Of a stretch of 64,000 nt of DNA, positions 19,459-30,469 are shown piece after piece. The stretch is from Thermoanaerobaculia bacterium. GTDB taxonomy: Bacteria; Acidobacteriota; Thermoanaerobaculia; Multivoradales; JAHEKO01. The stretch spans positions 36,208 to 100,207 of the forward strand of contig CAMYOG010000036.1 of assembly GCA_947259925.1 (NCBI GenBank), in the 5' to 3' direction. The position numbers and the translations under genes were made by a program. Under the pieces are notes generated by a model. It was not told the DNA's origin. It saw only the letters and a list, made by a program, of their open reading frames with translations, and did not search any database. Positions within the stretch are counted from its first letter, which is position 1. Every line of letters starts with the position of its first letter.

Positions 19459-20655
19459 CTATTCGGCTCGAAGCGCCTCGACCGGGTCCAGGCTCGCCGC
19501 ACGCCGCGCCGGCAGCACTCCCGACAGCAGGCCGGTCGCCAGGCTGAAGGCGACCGCCGCGACCACGAACTCCGGCGGCGTGTGCACCGGCAGGCCGGGG
19601 ATCGCGGTGCGCAAGAGAGCGCAGATGCCCAGTCCAATGCCGACCCCGATCATGCCGCCGAGGCTAGCGAGCGCCGCCGCCTCGGTCAGGAAGACCATCT
19701 CCACCTGGCGCCGGGTGGCACCGATCGACCGGATCAGGCCGATCTCATTGGTGCGCTCGCCGACGGCGATCCACATCATGGTCAGGATTCCGATCGCGCC
19801 CACCAGGAGCGAGATGCCGGCGATCGCGGCGACTCCGGTGGTGACGATGTTCATGATGTTGTCGAAGACCTCGAGCATGCCCGCCTGCGTGACCAGGGTG
19901 AAGTCCTCCTTACCCCGGTGCCGCTCGACCAGGGTCGCGCGCACAGCCTCGACGACTCTCTCCTCGTTCTGGGAGGCCGAGTACTTGAGGTCGATCTCAC
20001 CCAGCTCGTCCAGGTTGAAGAGCTTCATCGACCGCGCCACCGGGATCCAGGCGGCGTCGTTCAGGTCGAAGCCGAGCATCTGCCCCTTCGGCTCCATCAC
20101 TCCGACGACGCGGAAGCGCCCGCCGGCGATGCGCACGAACCTGCCGAGCGCCGGCTCCTGGCCGAACAGCTCGCGCTTCAAGGTCGGGCCGAGAACCGCT
20201 TCCGCCGGGCCACTCCAGGGATCGGAGGAGTGCCAGAAGCCACCCAGCTGGACGTTCCACTGCCAGACATCGGGGACCGACGGCGTCACGCCGTAGACGA
20301 AGACGCTCCGGCCACGGCCGTTGGCCTCGACGCGCGCCATTGCGAACGCGATCGGCACCATCTCCTCGACGCCCGGGATACGGCGGAGCGCCTCGGCGTC
20401 GTGCAGCGTCAGCTTGTTGGTCGAGCCGCCGAACGCGCCCGGCAGGCCGCCGGTCTCCGCCTTGCCCGGGTTGATGGCGATGATGTTGGCGCCGAACTGC
20501 GCGAACTGGTTGACGATGTAGCGCCGGGTCCCCTCGCCGATCGAGGTGAGCAGGATGACCGAGGCGATGCCGATGGCGATGCCGACCATCGACAGCAGAG
20601 ACCGCAGCCGCTGTGCCCGGATGGCCCTCAGAGCCAGCTGGATCAGCTCGCGCAT
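19459..20655 (-). CDS. ABC transporter permease (FtsX/MacB-type, LolC/E-like)
   Basis: Starts at MRELIQLALRAIRAQRLRSLLSMVGIAIGIAS. Has a periplasmic domain and a C-terminal FtsX 3-TM bundle. It is a paralogue of the upstream permease. Confidence 0.85.
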   Translation of the reverse strand: MRELIQLALRAIRAQRLRSLLSMVGIAIGIASVILLTSIGEGTRRYIVNQFAQFGANIIAINPGKAETGGLPGAFGGSTNKLTLHDAEALRRIPGVEEMVPIAFAMARVEANGRGRSVFVYGVTPSVPDVWQWNVQLGGFWHSSDPWSGPAEAVLGPTLKRELFGQEPALGRFVRIAGGRFRVVGVMEPKGQMLGFDLNDAAWIPVARSMKLFNLDELGEIDLKYSASQNEERVVEAVRATLVERHRGKEDFTLVTQAGMLEVFDNIMNIVTTGVAAIAGISLLVGAIGILTMMWIAVGERTNEIGLIRSIGATRRQVEMVFLTEAAALASLGGMIGVGIGLGICALLRTAIPGLPVHTPPEFVVAAVAFSLATGLLSGVLPARRAASLDPVEALRAE

Positions 20656-20710
20656 CGCCCTACCTAGACTGTCTACCCGAAGTCGCCTCCTGTCAAGCGT
20701 GGCCGCCGAA

Positions 20711-21906
20711 CTAGCGCTGGCCGAGGGCGGCGATCGGGTCGAGTCCGGTGGCGCGGCGCGCCGGGATAACGCCGAAGACGACCCCGACCACGATCGAGAC
20801 ACCGAGGGCCGCACCCACCGCCCAGAGCGGCGTGGTGGCAGGAAACGCAGGCCAGAGCCTGACCACGGTCCGCACGATCAGCCACCCGGTGCCGAGCCCG
20901 ATCAGGCCGCCAGCGATCGAGATGAGCGACGCCTCGGCCAGAAAGACGGTGAGGATCTGCCGGTTGTTGACGCCGACCGCTTTGAGCAGTCCGACCTCGC
21001 TGGTCCGCTCGGATACCGAGACCAGCATCACGTTCATGATGCCGATGCCGGCGACCGAGAGCGAGATCGCCGCGATCGCCGCCACCGCCAGAGTAAGGGT
21101 ATTGAGGATCGCCGAGAAGGTACTGACGACCGCGTCCTGGGTGATGACGGTGATGTCCTCTTCCTCGTGGCGCTCGGTGATCAGATCGACCACCCGGTCG
21201 CGGGCGAGATCGAGATCGGTGTGAGCGTGCACCTGGATCAAGATTCGGAAGAGCGAGCTCCGGTTGAGCATTTTCATGCCGGTGCGTACCGGCACGATCA
21301 CCAGGTCGTCGAAGTTGACGCCCATCTTGGTGCCCTGCTTGGCCAGGACGCCGATGACCCGCATCCGCCAGCCGCCGACACGGACCACGGCGCCGATCGG
21401 GTCGCGATTGTCGAACAGCTCCTTCGCCGCCTTGTGTCCGAGCACGGCGACATTGGCGCCGCGAAAGAGCTCCTCGTCGGGCAGGAACTCGCCCCGTTGG
21501 AGCTGGACCCGCCGGGCATGCTGATACTCGGAGGTCGTGCCGAGGACCACGATCTGACGGCTCCGCTCTCGGAAGGCAACCTCCTCGGTGCCCATCGAGA
21601 TTGGTGCCACCCGCCGCGCCTGCGAGATCTCGCGTGCGATCGCCTGCGCGTCTTCGAGGGTCAGATCGTTCGGGACGCCACCGATCCCCATCGTGCCGCT
21701 GGTCTCGGTGCGGCCCGGCAGCACGATCAGGAGATTGGTTCCGAGGCTGTTGAACTGATCGACGACGTAGAGGCGCGCGCCCTCGCCGAGCGCGGTCAGG
21801 ACCACGACCGCGGCCACGCCGATCATCACGCCGAGCAGGCTGAGCGCGGTGCGTAGGCTGTGACCGGTGAGCGCCTTGAGCGAAAAGCGGAGCACCTCGA
21901 CCGGTC

Positions 21907-21910
<4 letters not shown>
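20711..21910 (-). CDS. ABC transporter permease (FtsX/MacB-type, LolC/E-like)
   Basis: LRFSLKALTGHSLRTALSLLGVMIGVAAVV and a C-terminal FtsX domain. 4-nt overlap with the ATPase gene. Confidence 0.85.
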
Positions 21911-22626
<716 letters not shown>

Positions 22627-22639
22627 CCGCTCCCCGAGG

Positions 22640-23806
22640 TCACCGGGCCGATTCGTCGGCCGATTCGTCCTCCGCGACCGCGAGCGCTCCCGCCTCGATC
22701 TCCGGCCGGTCGAGGGAGACGACGATCTCCTCGCCCTCGTCGAGGCCGCTCGTGATCTCGGTGTAGTCCCAGTTGCGCAAGCCGATCTCGACTTCGCGCT
22801 CGGCGAGCCGGTCGCCGTCGAGAACCAACACCCGGCTGCCCTCGATCAGCGCGGACGTCGGGATCCGGGGCACGTCCTCTCGCACCGAGAGGATTACCTC
22901 GACGTCCGCCGAGGTGCCGGGCAGGATCCGCTTTCCGAGGCGATCTATGTCGACCTCGACCTCGACCGTCCGATTCTGCTCTTCGATATCGAGCACGTAG
23001 GGAGCGACGCGCGCGATCGTGCCGGGAAAGCTGATGTCCCGATGCGAGTCGATGCTCACCCGGGCCGGCATTCCGCTCCGGATCCGACCGGAGTCGACCT
23101 CGTCCATCGGAGCCGAGATGTAGATCGATTCCGGGTCGAGCACGTCGACCACCGGCGGCACCGGCAGTGCCGGCGGTGACGGCGTCGTCCACTCACCGAC
23201 CTCGATCGTCACTTCGGCGATCACGCCGGTGAACGGCGCCCGCAGGACGGTTTTCGACAGCGCGGTTCGGGCGACCGCGACCGCGGCCTGAGCCCGCGCC
23301 GTGTTCGCGGCCGCGGTGCGGCAGGCGGCGTCGGCGGTCAGGTGGGCGCTCTCGACCGAATCGAGCAGATCGGTCGAGACGATCTCCTCGTCGGCCAGGG
23401 TGCGCATTCGCTCGAGCTCGCGCTCGGCCCGCTGCGCGGCCAGGCAGGCGCGCTCCTGCTCTGCGCGCGCCGCCTGGCGCTCGCGCTCCGACAGGTCGAG
23501 CTGGGCTCGTTGGGAGCGATCGTCGAGCTGCAGGACGACCGCGCCCGCCTCGACCGTCGCCCCCTCTCGGTGGGGGACGGCGACAACCTGGCCGCCGATC
23601 TCGGGCGATAGCTTCGCCCGCCGGCGGGCGGTCACCGTGCCTGCCCGCGAGTTGGTCACCGTCTCCTCGACCGTGCCACGCTCGACGCTGGTGAGGCGAA
23701 CCGGCACCGGGTCGGGAGCCAAGACGGTCGCCTTGAGCACCATGAACAAGATGACGACGCCGACCAGGATCGCCAGTCGAATCAGCCACTTTTTCATTTC
23801 CAGCAC
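22640..23806 (-). CDS. periplasmic adaptor subunit (HlyD/MacA/DevB-type membrane fusion protein)
   Basis: N-terminal TM anchor, a coiled-coil hairpin (AQLDLSERERQAARAEQERACLAAQRAERELERMR) and beta-barrel segments (APFTGVIAEV..). Confidence 0.85.
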   Translation of the reverse strand: MLEMKKWLIRLAILVGVVILFMVLKATVLAPDPVPVRLTSVERGTVEETVTNSRAGTVTARRRAKLSPEIGGQVVAVPHREGATVEAGAVVLQLDDRSQRAQLDLSERERQAARAEQERACLAAQRAERELERMRTLADEEIVSTDLLDSVESAHLTADAACRTAAANTARAQAAVAVARTALSKTVLRAPFTGVIAEVTIEVGEWTTPSPPALPVPPVVDVLDPESIYISAPMDEVDSGRIRSGMPARVSIDSHRDISFPGTIARVAPYVLDIEEQNRTVEVEVDIDRLGKRILPGTSADVEVILSVREDVPRIPTSALIEGSRVLVLDGDRLAEREVEIGLRNWDYTEITSGLDEGEEIVVSLDRPEIEAGALAVAEDESADESAR

Positions 23807-23883
23807 CTTAACAGCGGTTTCTCCGAGGAGTCACCCTCTACCGAGGTGGGTGGCGTCGCGAAGGTGGATCAGCGAGTAGCATT

Positions 23884-26800
23884 GTGAGGGTGAGACGGCT
23901 CCTCGGACGCACCCTGCTCGCGCTCGCGGTCCTGTTGGTGCTGGTGGTTGGTGCCCTCTGGCTCGCGCTCCATACCGAGACCGTGCAGCGCGCCGTGCTC
24001 GAGAGTGCCAGCGAGACGCTGGAGCGGCGCTTCGGACTGAGGCTCGAGGCCGAGTCGATCGACTTCAGTCCGTCGTCCGGCGCGCTCGAGCTGGGCGGCC
24101 TCACGGTGAGCGACTCGCAGCGAGGCTCGCTGGCGACGATCGAGTCCGTCCGAGGCCGGGTGCGTCTGCTGCCACTGCTCGGCAACCGACTCGTGGTCCC
24201 CGAGCTGGCGCTCGACCGGCCGACGATCGATCTGGGCCGGCTACCGGATCCGCTGGACAAGGAAGCGGACGCCACGGCGGAGGATGGAGCTCCGGTCGTG
24301 CCACCGGTCGAGATCGCCAGCTTGCGCATTCTCGGCGGCGCCCTGACCGGGCTGCCGACTCCAGAGCTGGGAGACCACTGGCAGTGGCATGGCGGGCTGG
24401 ACGAGATCGAGATCGAGGCTCAGCTGGTCGAGGGTCGGCTGGCGGCCGGGCTGACGCGTGCGACGACGGTGCTCAGGCGCGGCGAGCTCGACTCCCTGAG
24501 CCTCGAGCTCGGGGCGGTCCTCGCCGGCCCGCTGTCGGGACCGTTCGAGCTCACCGAGGCCAGGGTGCGCTCGGACGATCTGACGCTTTCCCTGTCCGGA
24601 ATCCTGGGGGTCGCGGACGAGCAACCGTTCGAGCTGGAGTTCGACGGTCGCTTCGATGCCGGACGCCTGCTGGGTGCCGACCTGGCGGCACCGGTCTCGG
24701 CGAGCGGCGAGCTCGACCTGCGCGCTGGCGGCGGCAGGGCAACGATCGAGGTGTCGAGGGCGCCAGCGGAGCTGGCAGCTCGCTGGCTCGGGCCGTCGCT
24801 GGGGGCCGAGCTCAGCGTCGCGGGGACGGCCGTCGACCTGAACGGCGACCTGGAGCTCGGACCAGGGGCTCTCGACCAGGTGCGCGGGTCGCTGACCGGG
24901 AGCTGGAGGAGGGGAGAGAGCGAGCTGCTCACGCTCGAAGCATCGCCGGAGATCGTCGGCTCCGAGCGGAGCGCTAGGGTCCCGTTCATACTCGAGCTCA
25001 CCCCGGATCTGCCCGGCGGCCGGCGGCTCGATGGACGGTTGGCGATCGCGGACTGGGACGAGCTCGCGGACGCCACGATCGAGGACGGGCGGCTCGAGCT
25101 CGAGCTACCGGAGGTCCGAGAGACGCTCGCGTCGGTGGCGGAGATCTGGCCGAGCGCGCCGCGGGCCGGGCGCTTTGATGGCTCCCTGGAGCTCGGCGGG
25201 TCGCTCTCGGGTCCGCTTCTCGAGCCGGAGGTCGACCTCGACGGCGTCCTGCGGGCGGGGGATCTATCGTCGTTACAGGTGTCGATCGCTGGAGCGCCGA
25301 CGGTTCTCCGGGGACGGGTCGCCGCTCGGGCCGAGAGCGTGTCGCTGGCCGAGCTGGGCGGCGCGGCGAGCGGCGTAGTCGACGGTCGGGTGGAGGTCGT
25401 CGTCGGCCCGAGCGGCCTGACCGGGAGCTTCGACCTCGCGGCGCGGGAGGTCGCGGCCGGAGACGGCAACGATCTGGATCTGATCGCGGTCGGCGAGCTG
25501 GCGGGCGGCGGAGTCGCTGTCACACGCCTCGAGCTGGCGAGCGAGTCGCATCGGCTGACCACCGCCGCGACCGTCGAGCCCACGCCCGACGGCCTCCGGA
25601 TCGTCACCGAAGGACTGAGGGTGGACGGCGTCGCGGCGGAGCTCGAAGCCGACCTGCACGCGGCGCTGCTGCCGCGGGCCGACCTCTTGCCGCGGCTCTT
25701 CGGCGCCCCGGCGTGGTCGACGCCGGCGTCGCGGGAGCGGCGGCTGCGACTGGCCTGGGACCTTCTCCGGTCCGATCTGGGTCCGCTGCTGGGTGCGGAG
25801 GATGCGGAGCTGGACCTGGCGACCTCGGGTGACGTCTCGATCGACCTCGGAGTGCCCTCGGCGAGCACCGGCGAGATTCTGCTCTCGGTCTTCGAGTGGA
25901 CCGCCGGCGACCGACGAGTCGCCCTAGCCGACGGTCTCGAGCTCCGATGGGCGGACGGCGTCCTGGTGGCCCCGGGGACCCGATTCACCGCCGGTGGCTC
26001 GAGCTTCACCGGCGACCTGAGCGTCGGCCTGAGCGATCGATGGCGCCCCGGAGATCCATGGGACTCGCTGATCGCCGACGCCCGGATCGTCGGCCACGGC
26101 GTGGTCGGCGCCGGCTGGCCCGGTGAGCTCGTCCGACCCGCCCCGCTTTCAGAAGCGCCGCTCGACTTCGACCTCGAGCTTCGCGCGGACCGGAGCGTCC
26201 TCGGCGGTGATCTTCGCGTCGACGGTGGTGGCTCATTCCTGGAGGCACGAGGCGCGGCCGACCTCGCGGCGGACTGGAGGCCGGGCGACCCCTGGGCGTC
26301 TTCGATCGCCGCCGTCGACCTGACCGCCAACGGTCACCTGGCCGCGAGCTGGGTCGGTGCGCTGCTCGGTGCCGTCGAGCCGGCCGACGGTGCTCTGACG
26401 ATCGATCTCGATCTCGCCGGTCGGCCGGAGGCACTCTCCGGAGCACTGACGGTCGGCGGACCGGAGCTCGTCCTGGGCCTTCTCGAGCGGGGCCGAGTGC
26501 GCCTCGAATCGCCACGGATCGATCTGCGAGTCGCCGATCGCTCGCTGACCCTGGAACGGCTCGATGCGAGTGTCAACGGACGACCGCTCACCGGCCGCGG
26601 GAGCGCGCGGATCGCCGGCGGGCGGCTGGAGCTCGAGCGTCTCGAGCTCGTCTTCGACGGAGTCGAGGGCGTCTGGAGCGGGGGACTGCCGCTCGACGAG
26701 ACGACCGACGAGGTCCGGCTGGAGTGGAGAGTCGCCGAAACCGAGCTGGGCCCCGCGCTGGCGCTCTTCGAGCTGATCGGGGACGAGGACACGCTCCGGC

Positions 26801-29800
26801 TCGGCTCGACCGGAAGCTTCCGGCTGCCGCTGTCCGATCCCGCCCGGCTCGAGGGCTCGATGGAGGTGACCGGCTTCGAGTGGACGAGTCGCGGGCGACG
26901 GACGCATACGCAAGATCCGATTCGTGCCAGCGCCGGCGAGGGACGACTGCGACTCGAGCCGCTGCGGCTACTCTCCGAAGACCAGGCCTTCGACTTGGTC
27001 GGCACCGTCGATCTGGTGGCGGGCTGGAGCAGCGAAGCGGAGCTGCTGGATCTCTTCGGCGAGCTGGAGGTCAGAGGTAGCGGCACGCTCCTCACTTCGG
27101 TCCTGAATCCGTTCCTGAGCGGCGCGGTCGCCGACGGCCATCTGGAGGTCGAGCTGGAAGCGGTCGGGCCACCGTGTGAGCTGCGCGGCCGGCTGACGGC
27201 GCGCGGCAGCGATGCGCGTCTGACCTATGTTCGTCCGTACGCGACGCGCCTGTCCGACCCCGATCTGCAGCTCCTCCTGGAACCGGGAGGCATCGCCCGG
27301 CTGGACGGCAGCCTGGCGCTGAATGAAGGCCGGATCGAGCTGTCGGGTGCCGCCACCGACGGCGTTCTGAACCTGGACGCGACGATCGAGGGCGCCCGCT
27401 TCCGGCTCGACCACGGCCTGCTCGCGCTGCTCAACGGCGATCTGATCCTGGCCCGGAGCTCGACCGGGGCATGGGCGCTGGGCGGTACCGTCGAGGTCGA
27501 GAACGGAGTGCTGACGCGGGACGTCGATCTCGACCTCGACCTGGTCGCCGGCCTACTGTCGCCGGTCGATCTGACGTCGACGGAAGCAAGTCCGCTGGAA
27601 GCGTTCGCGCTCGATCTCGATCTGACGACCGTCGAAGGGATCCGAGTCAAGAACAACATCGCCGACCTTCTGGTCCGCTGGGATCCGATCCGGATTCGCG
27701 GCTCGCTGGCGTCGCCGGTGCTCGCGGGGAGATTCGACGTCGAGCCGGGGGGCAGGGTGCGCGCGTTCGGCCAGACGGTGCGCATCGACGGCGGCTCGAT
27801 CGACTTCCCGGGGGTGGCGGATCTACCCGCCACCGTCGATCTGGACATGACCAGCTCGCTCGAGGACCCGAGCATCGGGAGTCTCGCCAGAGACGATCCG
27901 TTCGCCGGCCACAGCGACCTGGACCAGGACGAGGACGAGTCGGCGCGCCTCGAAGCCGCCGCCAGCGGGTTGGGGATGTTCTACGGCGAGCGCCTGGCGT
28001 CGCGGCTGTCCAGCGGCGTCACCGGTGCCCGCGTGTCGCTGCAGCCGCTCCTGATCTTCGGCGAGGCCGATCCGGGTGCGCGCCTGACCGTGAGCCAGGA
28101 CTTCTCGCCCCAGGTCACCCTGGCGGCATCGATCGATCTGCGCAACGCCGAGCGGCGGACCTACCTGCTCGACATCCATCGGCTCGACGCCGCTCCGGGG
28201 CTGAACGCCCAGGTGATCACCACCGACGAGGCCAGCCAGGGCGCCTCTCTCGGTCAGCGGCTGCTGCTCGGACCGGGCGGTGCCCCTCGCGTCGAGGGTC
28301 CGAAGATCCGGAGGATCCGGTGGGAGCTGCCCGATCGGGTTTCGAAACGACGCGTCAAGCGGGCCGCCGCGCTGCGCAAGGGAGACCGGCTGGCGCCGGG
28401 CGGCCGCTTCGCCGCCGAGGTCGACGTGGTCGAAGCGCTGCGTCGGCGCGGATACACCGACGCCCGGGCGTCGATCGAGGAGATCGAGGTCGACGGTGGG
28501 GTCGAGCTGGTGGTCGCCGTACAGTCCGGACCGAGATCACGGTTCGAGTTCGTCGGCACCGAGCTGCCGAAGCCGCTGCGGCGTCCGGTCGTCGATCTCT
28601 ACCGGGCGGACTACTATGAGACAGCGGCGCTCGAGGAGATGGCGGCCGAAGCCCGCCGGGCGCTGAGGAGTGTCGGTTATCTCGAGCCCGTGGTCGAGGT
28701 CCGGGTCGACCTGGACGATCCGGCGCGGCCCGAGGGTGACCGAACGGTAGTCGTCTCGATGGCGGGCGGCGAGCGAGTCGAGCTCGAGCGTATCCGGTTC
28801 GTGCCCCTGCCGCCGGACGAGACCGAGCTGCTCGCGGCCCGGTTCTCGCGGCCGGTCGGACGGGTCGAGCTGGCGGCGGGACTCGCCGACGCCGATCGTC
28901 GAGTCGAGCAGAGTCTCCGCTTCCTCGGCTACGGCGATCCGCGAGTGGTCGATCGGCGCATCCTCGACCGTGGCCGGGAGCTCGAGGTGGTGCTCGAGCT
29001 GGGCGAGCGTCCGCGGATCGGGTCGATCGAGATCACTGGCGTCGAGTCCGGGGAGGCCGCCCGGCTCGAGCGCTTGATCGAGCTGCAGCCCGGAGATCCG
29101 GTGCGCTCCGATCGCATCGCGGGCGCGGCGCTGGCGTTGCGCGAGGACCTGCGGTCGCGTGGCTTCTCCGATGCCGTGGTCGAGCCGCGGGTGACGCTCG
29201 CGGAGCGGGACTCGGACGCCGAGCTGAGCTTCGCGGTCGAGCCGGGAACGTCCTACTTTCTGAGTGAGGTCGGCTTCACCGGCCTCCGATCGACCCGGTC
29301 GCGCTTCGTGAAGACCGTCGCCGATCTGGAGCTCGAAGGCGACTTCTCGCAGGTCGGTTTGATGGAGGCGCGACGGCGCCTCTGGTCGACCCAGCTGTTC
29401 GAGATCGTCACTCCAGAGGTGGCTCGGGCGCCCGGAGGCGCCGTACGCGTCGACTTCGGTGTACGGGAGAAGAGACGCTTCGAGTTCGCCTACGGTCTGC
29501 GCTGGGACAGCGAGGAGGAGGCGAGCGCGCTGCTCGAGGTGATCGATCGCAACGCGCTCGGGCGCGGCTGGACCGCTGGTCTGAGGACCCGCTGGTCGGA
29601 GGATCTGCAGAGTGTGCGCACCTTCGCCGGTCTGCCGAGGCTGTTCAACGCGCGCTCGTCGCTCGGGCTGTTCGCCGCCTTCGAGGAGGAGACCAAGGCG
29701 GGCTTGATCACCGAGACCATCGAGGGCACCGTGCAGCTCGGCTACGAGTTGACCGGGCGGCTCACGCTCCGGCTCTACGGCCGGTTGACCGATACCCATG

Positions 29801-30459
29801 TGCGCGAGGAGATCCCCGATCCGCGCTTTCCGTTCGACGTCCGGCTGACGCGTCCGGTGCTCGGGACACAGCTGCTCTACGATCGCAGATCGGGCCATCT
29901 GCTGAGCCAGCGGGGCCTGCTGACGACCGCCGACCTGACCTACAGCGACAGCGCCTTCGGGAGCGATTTCGACTACGCGCGCTTCTTCGGCCAGGTCAGC
30001 TATTTCAAGCGCCTGTTCGGCCCCGCCACGCGCCCCTGGATCTGGGCCCAGTCGGCCAGGGTCGGTATCGCCGAGGCGTTCGATCAGGAGCTGATCCGGC
30101 CGGAGCGCTTCTTCGCCGGCGGCGAGTTCTCGGTGCGCGGCTACCTGACCGAGTCGCTCGGGCCGCAGGAGCGGCTCGGCCCGATCACCCGGGCGGTGGG
30201 TGGCGAGTCGTTGCTGGTGATCAATCAGGAGCTCCGCTGGCGGTTCGCGGAGAGCTTCACCGCCACCCTGTTCGTGGACGCTGGCAACGTCTGGGTTCGG
30301 GCTTCCGACCTGGGATCCGAGCTGGTCTACTCGACCGGCATCGGTCTGCGCGCCCTGACGCCGGTCGGGATCCTACGGCTCGATCTGGCGCACGCGCTCG
30401 ATCGTCGACCGATCGACCCCGAGTACAAGCTCTACGTCGGCTTCGGCAACACCTTCTAG
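23884..30459 (+). CDS. giant envelope protein: TamB-like (AsmA/DUF490) module fused to TamA/BamA-like POTRA + Omp85 beta-barrel
   Basis: Single uninterrupted 2,191-codon ORF with an N-terminal signal anchor. A DUF490-like block sits at ~27640-27830 (IRVKNNIADLLVRW..GRFDVEPGGRVRAFGQTVRIDGGSIDFPG). POTRA-like repeats begin at ~28300. The C-terminal barrel motifs are FFAGGEFSVRGY, VDAGNVW, GIGLRALTPVGILRLDLAH and the terminal GFGNTF. Confidence 0.8.
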   Translation: MRVRRLLGRTLLALAVLLVLVVGALWLALHTETVQRAVLESASETLERRFGLRLEAESIDFSPSSGALELGGLTVSDSQRGSLATIESVRGRVRLLPLLGNRLVVPELALDRPTIDLGRLPDPLDKEADATAEDGAPVVPPVEIASLRILGGALTGLPTPELGDHWQWHGGLDEIEIEAQLVEGRLAAGLTRATTVLRRGELDSLSLELGAVLAGPLSGPFELTEARVRSDDLTLSLSGILGVADEQPFELEFDGRFDAGRLLGADLAAPVSASGELDLRAGGGRATIEVSRAPAELAARWLGPSLGAELSVAGTAVDLNGDLELGPGALDQVRGSLTGSWRRGESELLTLEASPEIVGSERSARVPFILELTPDLPGGRRLDGRLAIADWDELADATIEDGRLELELPEVRETLASVAEIWPSAPRAGRFDGSLELGGSLSGPLLEPEVDLDGVLRAGDLSSLQVSIAGAPTVLRGRVAARAESVSLAELGGAASGVVDGRVEVVVGPSGLTGSFDLAAREVAAGDGNDLDLIAVGELAGGGVAVTRLELASESHRLTTAATVEPTPDGLRIVTEGLRVDGVAAELEADLHAALLPRADLLPRLFGAPAWSTPASRERRLRLAWDLLRSDLGPLLGAEDAELDLATSGDVSIDLGVPSASTGEILLSVFEWTAGDRRVALADGLELRWADGVLVAPGTRFTAGGSSFTGDLSVGLSDRWRPGDPWDSLIADARIVGHGVVGAGWPGELVRPAPLSEAPLDFDLELRADRSVLGGDLRVDGGGSFLEARGAADLAADWRPGDPWASSIAAVDLTANGHLAASWVGALLGAVEPADGALTIDLDLAGRPEALSGALTVGGPELVLGLLERGRVRLESPRIDLRVADRSLTLERLDASVNGRPLTGRGSARIAGGRLELERLELVFDGVEGVWSGGLPLDETTDEVRLEWRVAETELGPALALFELIGDEDTLRLGSTGSFRLPLSDPARLEGSMEVTGFEWTSRGRRTHTQDPIRASAGEGRLRLEPLRLLSEDQAFDLVGTVDLVAGWSSEAELLDLFGELEVRGSGTLLTSVLNPFLSGAVADGHLEVELEAVGPPCELRGRLTARGSDARLTYVRPYATRLSDPDLQLLLEPGGIARLDGSLALNEGRIELSGAATDGVLNLDATIEGARFRLDHGLLALLNGDLILARSSTGAWALGGTVEVENGVLTRDVDLDLDLVAGLLSPVDLTSTEASPLEAFALDLDLTTVEGIRVKNNIADLLVRWDPIRIRGSLASPVLAGRFDVEPGGRVRAFGQTVRIDGGSIDFPGVADLPATVDLDMTSSLEDPSIGSLARDDPFAGHSDLDQDEDESARLEAAASGLGMFYGERLASRLSSGVTGARVSLQPLLIFGEADPGARLTVSQDFSPQVTLAASIDLRNAERRTYLLDIHRLDAAPGLNAQVITTDEASQGASLGQRLLLGPGGAPRVEGPKIRRIRWELPDRVSKRRVKRAAALRKGDRLAPGGRFAAEVDVVEALRRRGYTDARASIEEIEVDGGVELVVAVQSGPRSRFEFVGTELPKPLRRPVVDLYRADYYETAALEEMAAEARRALRSVGYLEPVVEVRVDLDDPARPEGDRTVVVSMAGGERVELERIRFVPLPPDETELLAARFSRPVGRVELAAGLADADRRVEQSLRFLGYGDPRVVDRRILDRGRELEVVLELGERPRIGSIEITGVESGEAARLERLIELQPGDPVRSDRIAGAALALREDLRSRGFSDAVVEPRVTLAERDSDAELSFAVEPGTSYFLSEVGFTGLRSTRSRFVKTVADLELEGDFSQVGLMEARRRLWSTQLFEIVTPEVARAPGGAVRVDFGVREKRRFEFAYGLRWDSEEEASALLEVIDRNALGRGWTAGLRTRWSEDLQSVRTFAGLPRLFNARSSLGLFAAFEEETKAGLITETIEGTVQLGYELTGRLTLRLYGRLTDTHVREEIPDPRFPFDVRLTRPVLGTQLLYDRRSGHLLSQRGLLTTADLTYSDSAFGSDFDYARFFGQVSYFKRLFGPATRPWIWAQSARVGIAEAFDQELIRPERFFAGGEFSVRGYLTESLGPQERLGPITRAVGGESLLVINQELRWRFAESFTATLFVDAGNVWVRASDLGSELVYSTGIGLRALTPVGILRLDLAHALDRRPIDPEYKLYVGFGNTF

Positions 30460-30469
30460 GCGTCGGCGA

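Noticed and set aside
24420-26330. 636-codon minus-strand ORF, plus many smaller ORFs inside 23884-30459
   Set aside because: It is Ser/Arg/Pro-rich and antisense to the giant TamB-Omp85 ORF, whose own frame carries recognisable domain motifs.
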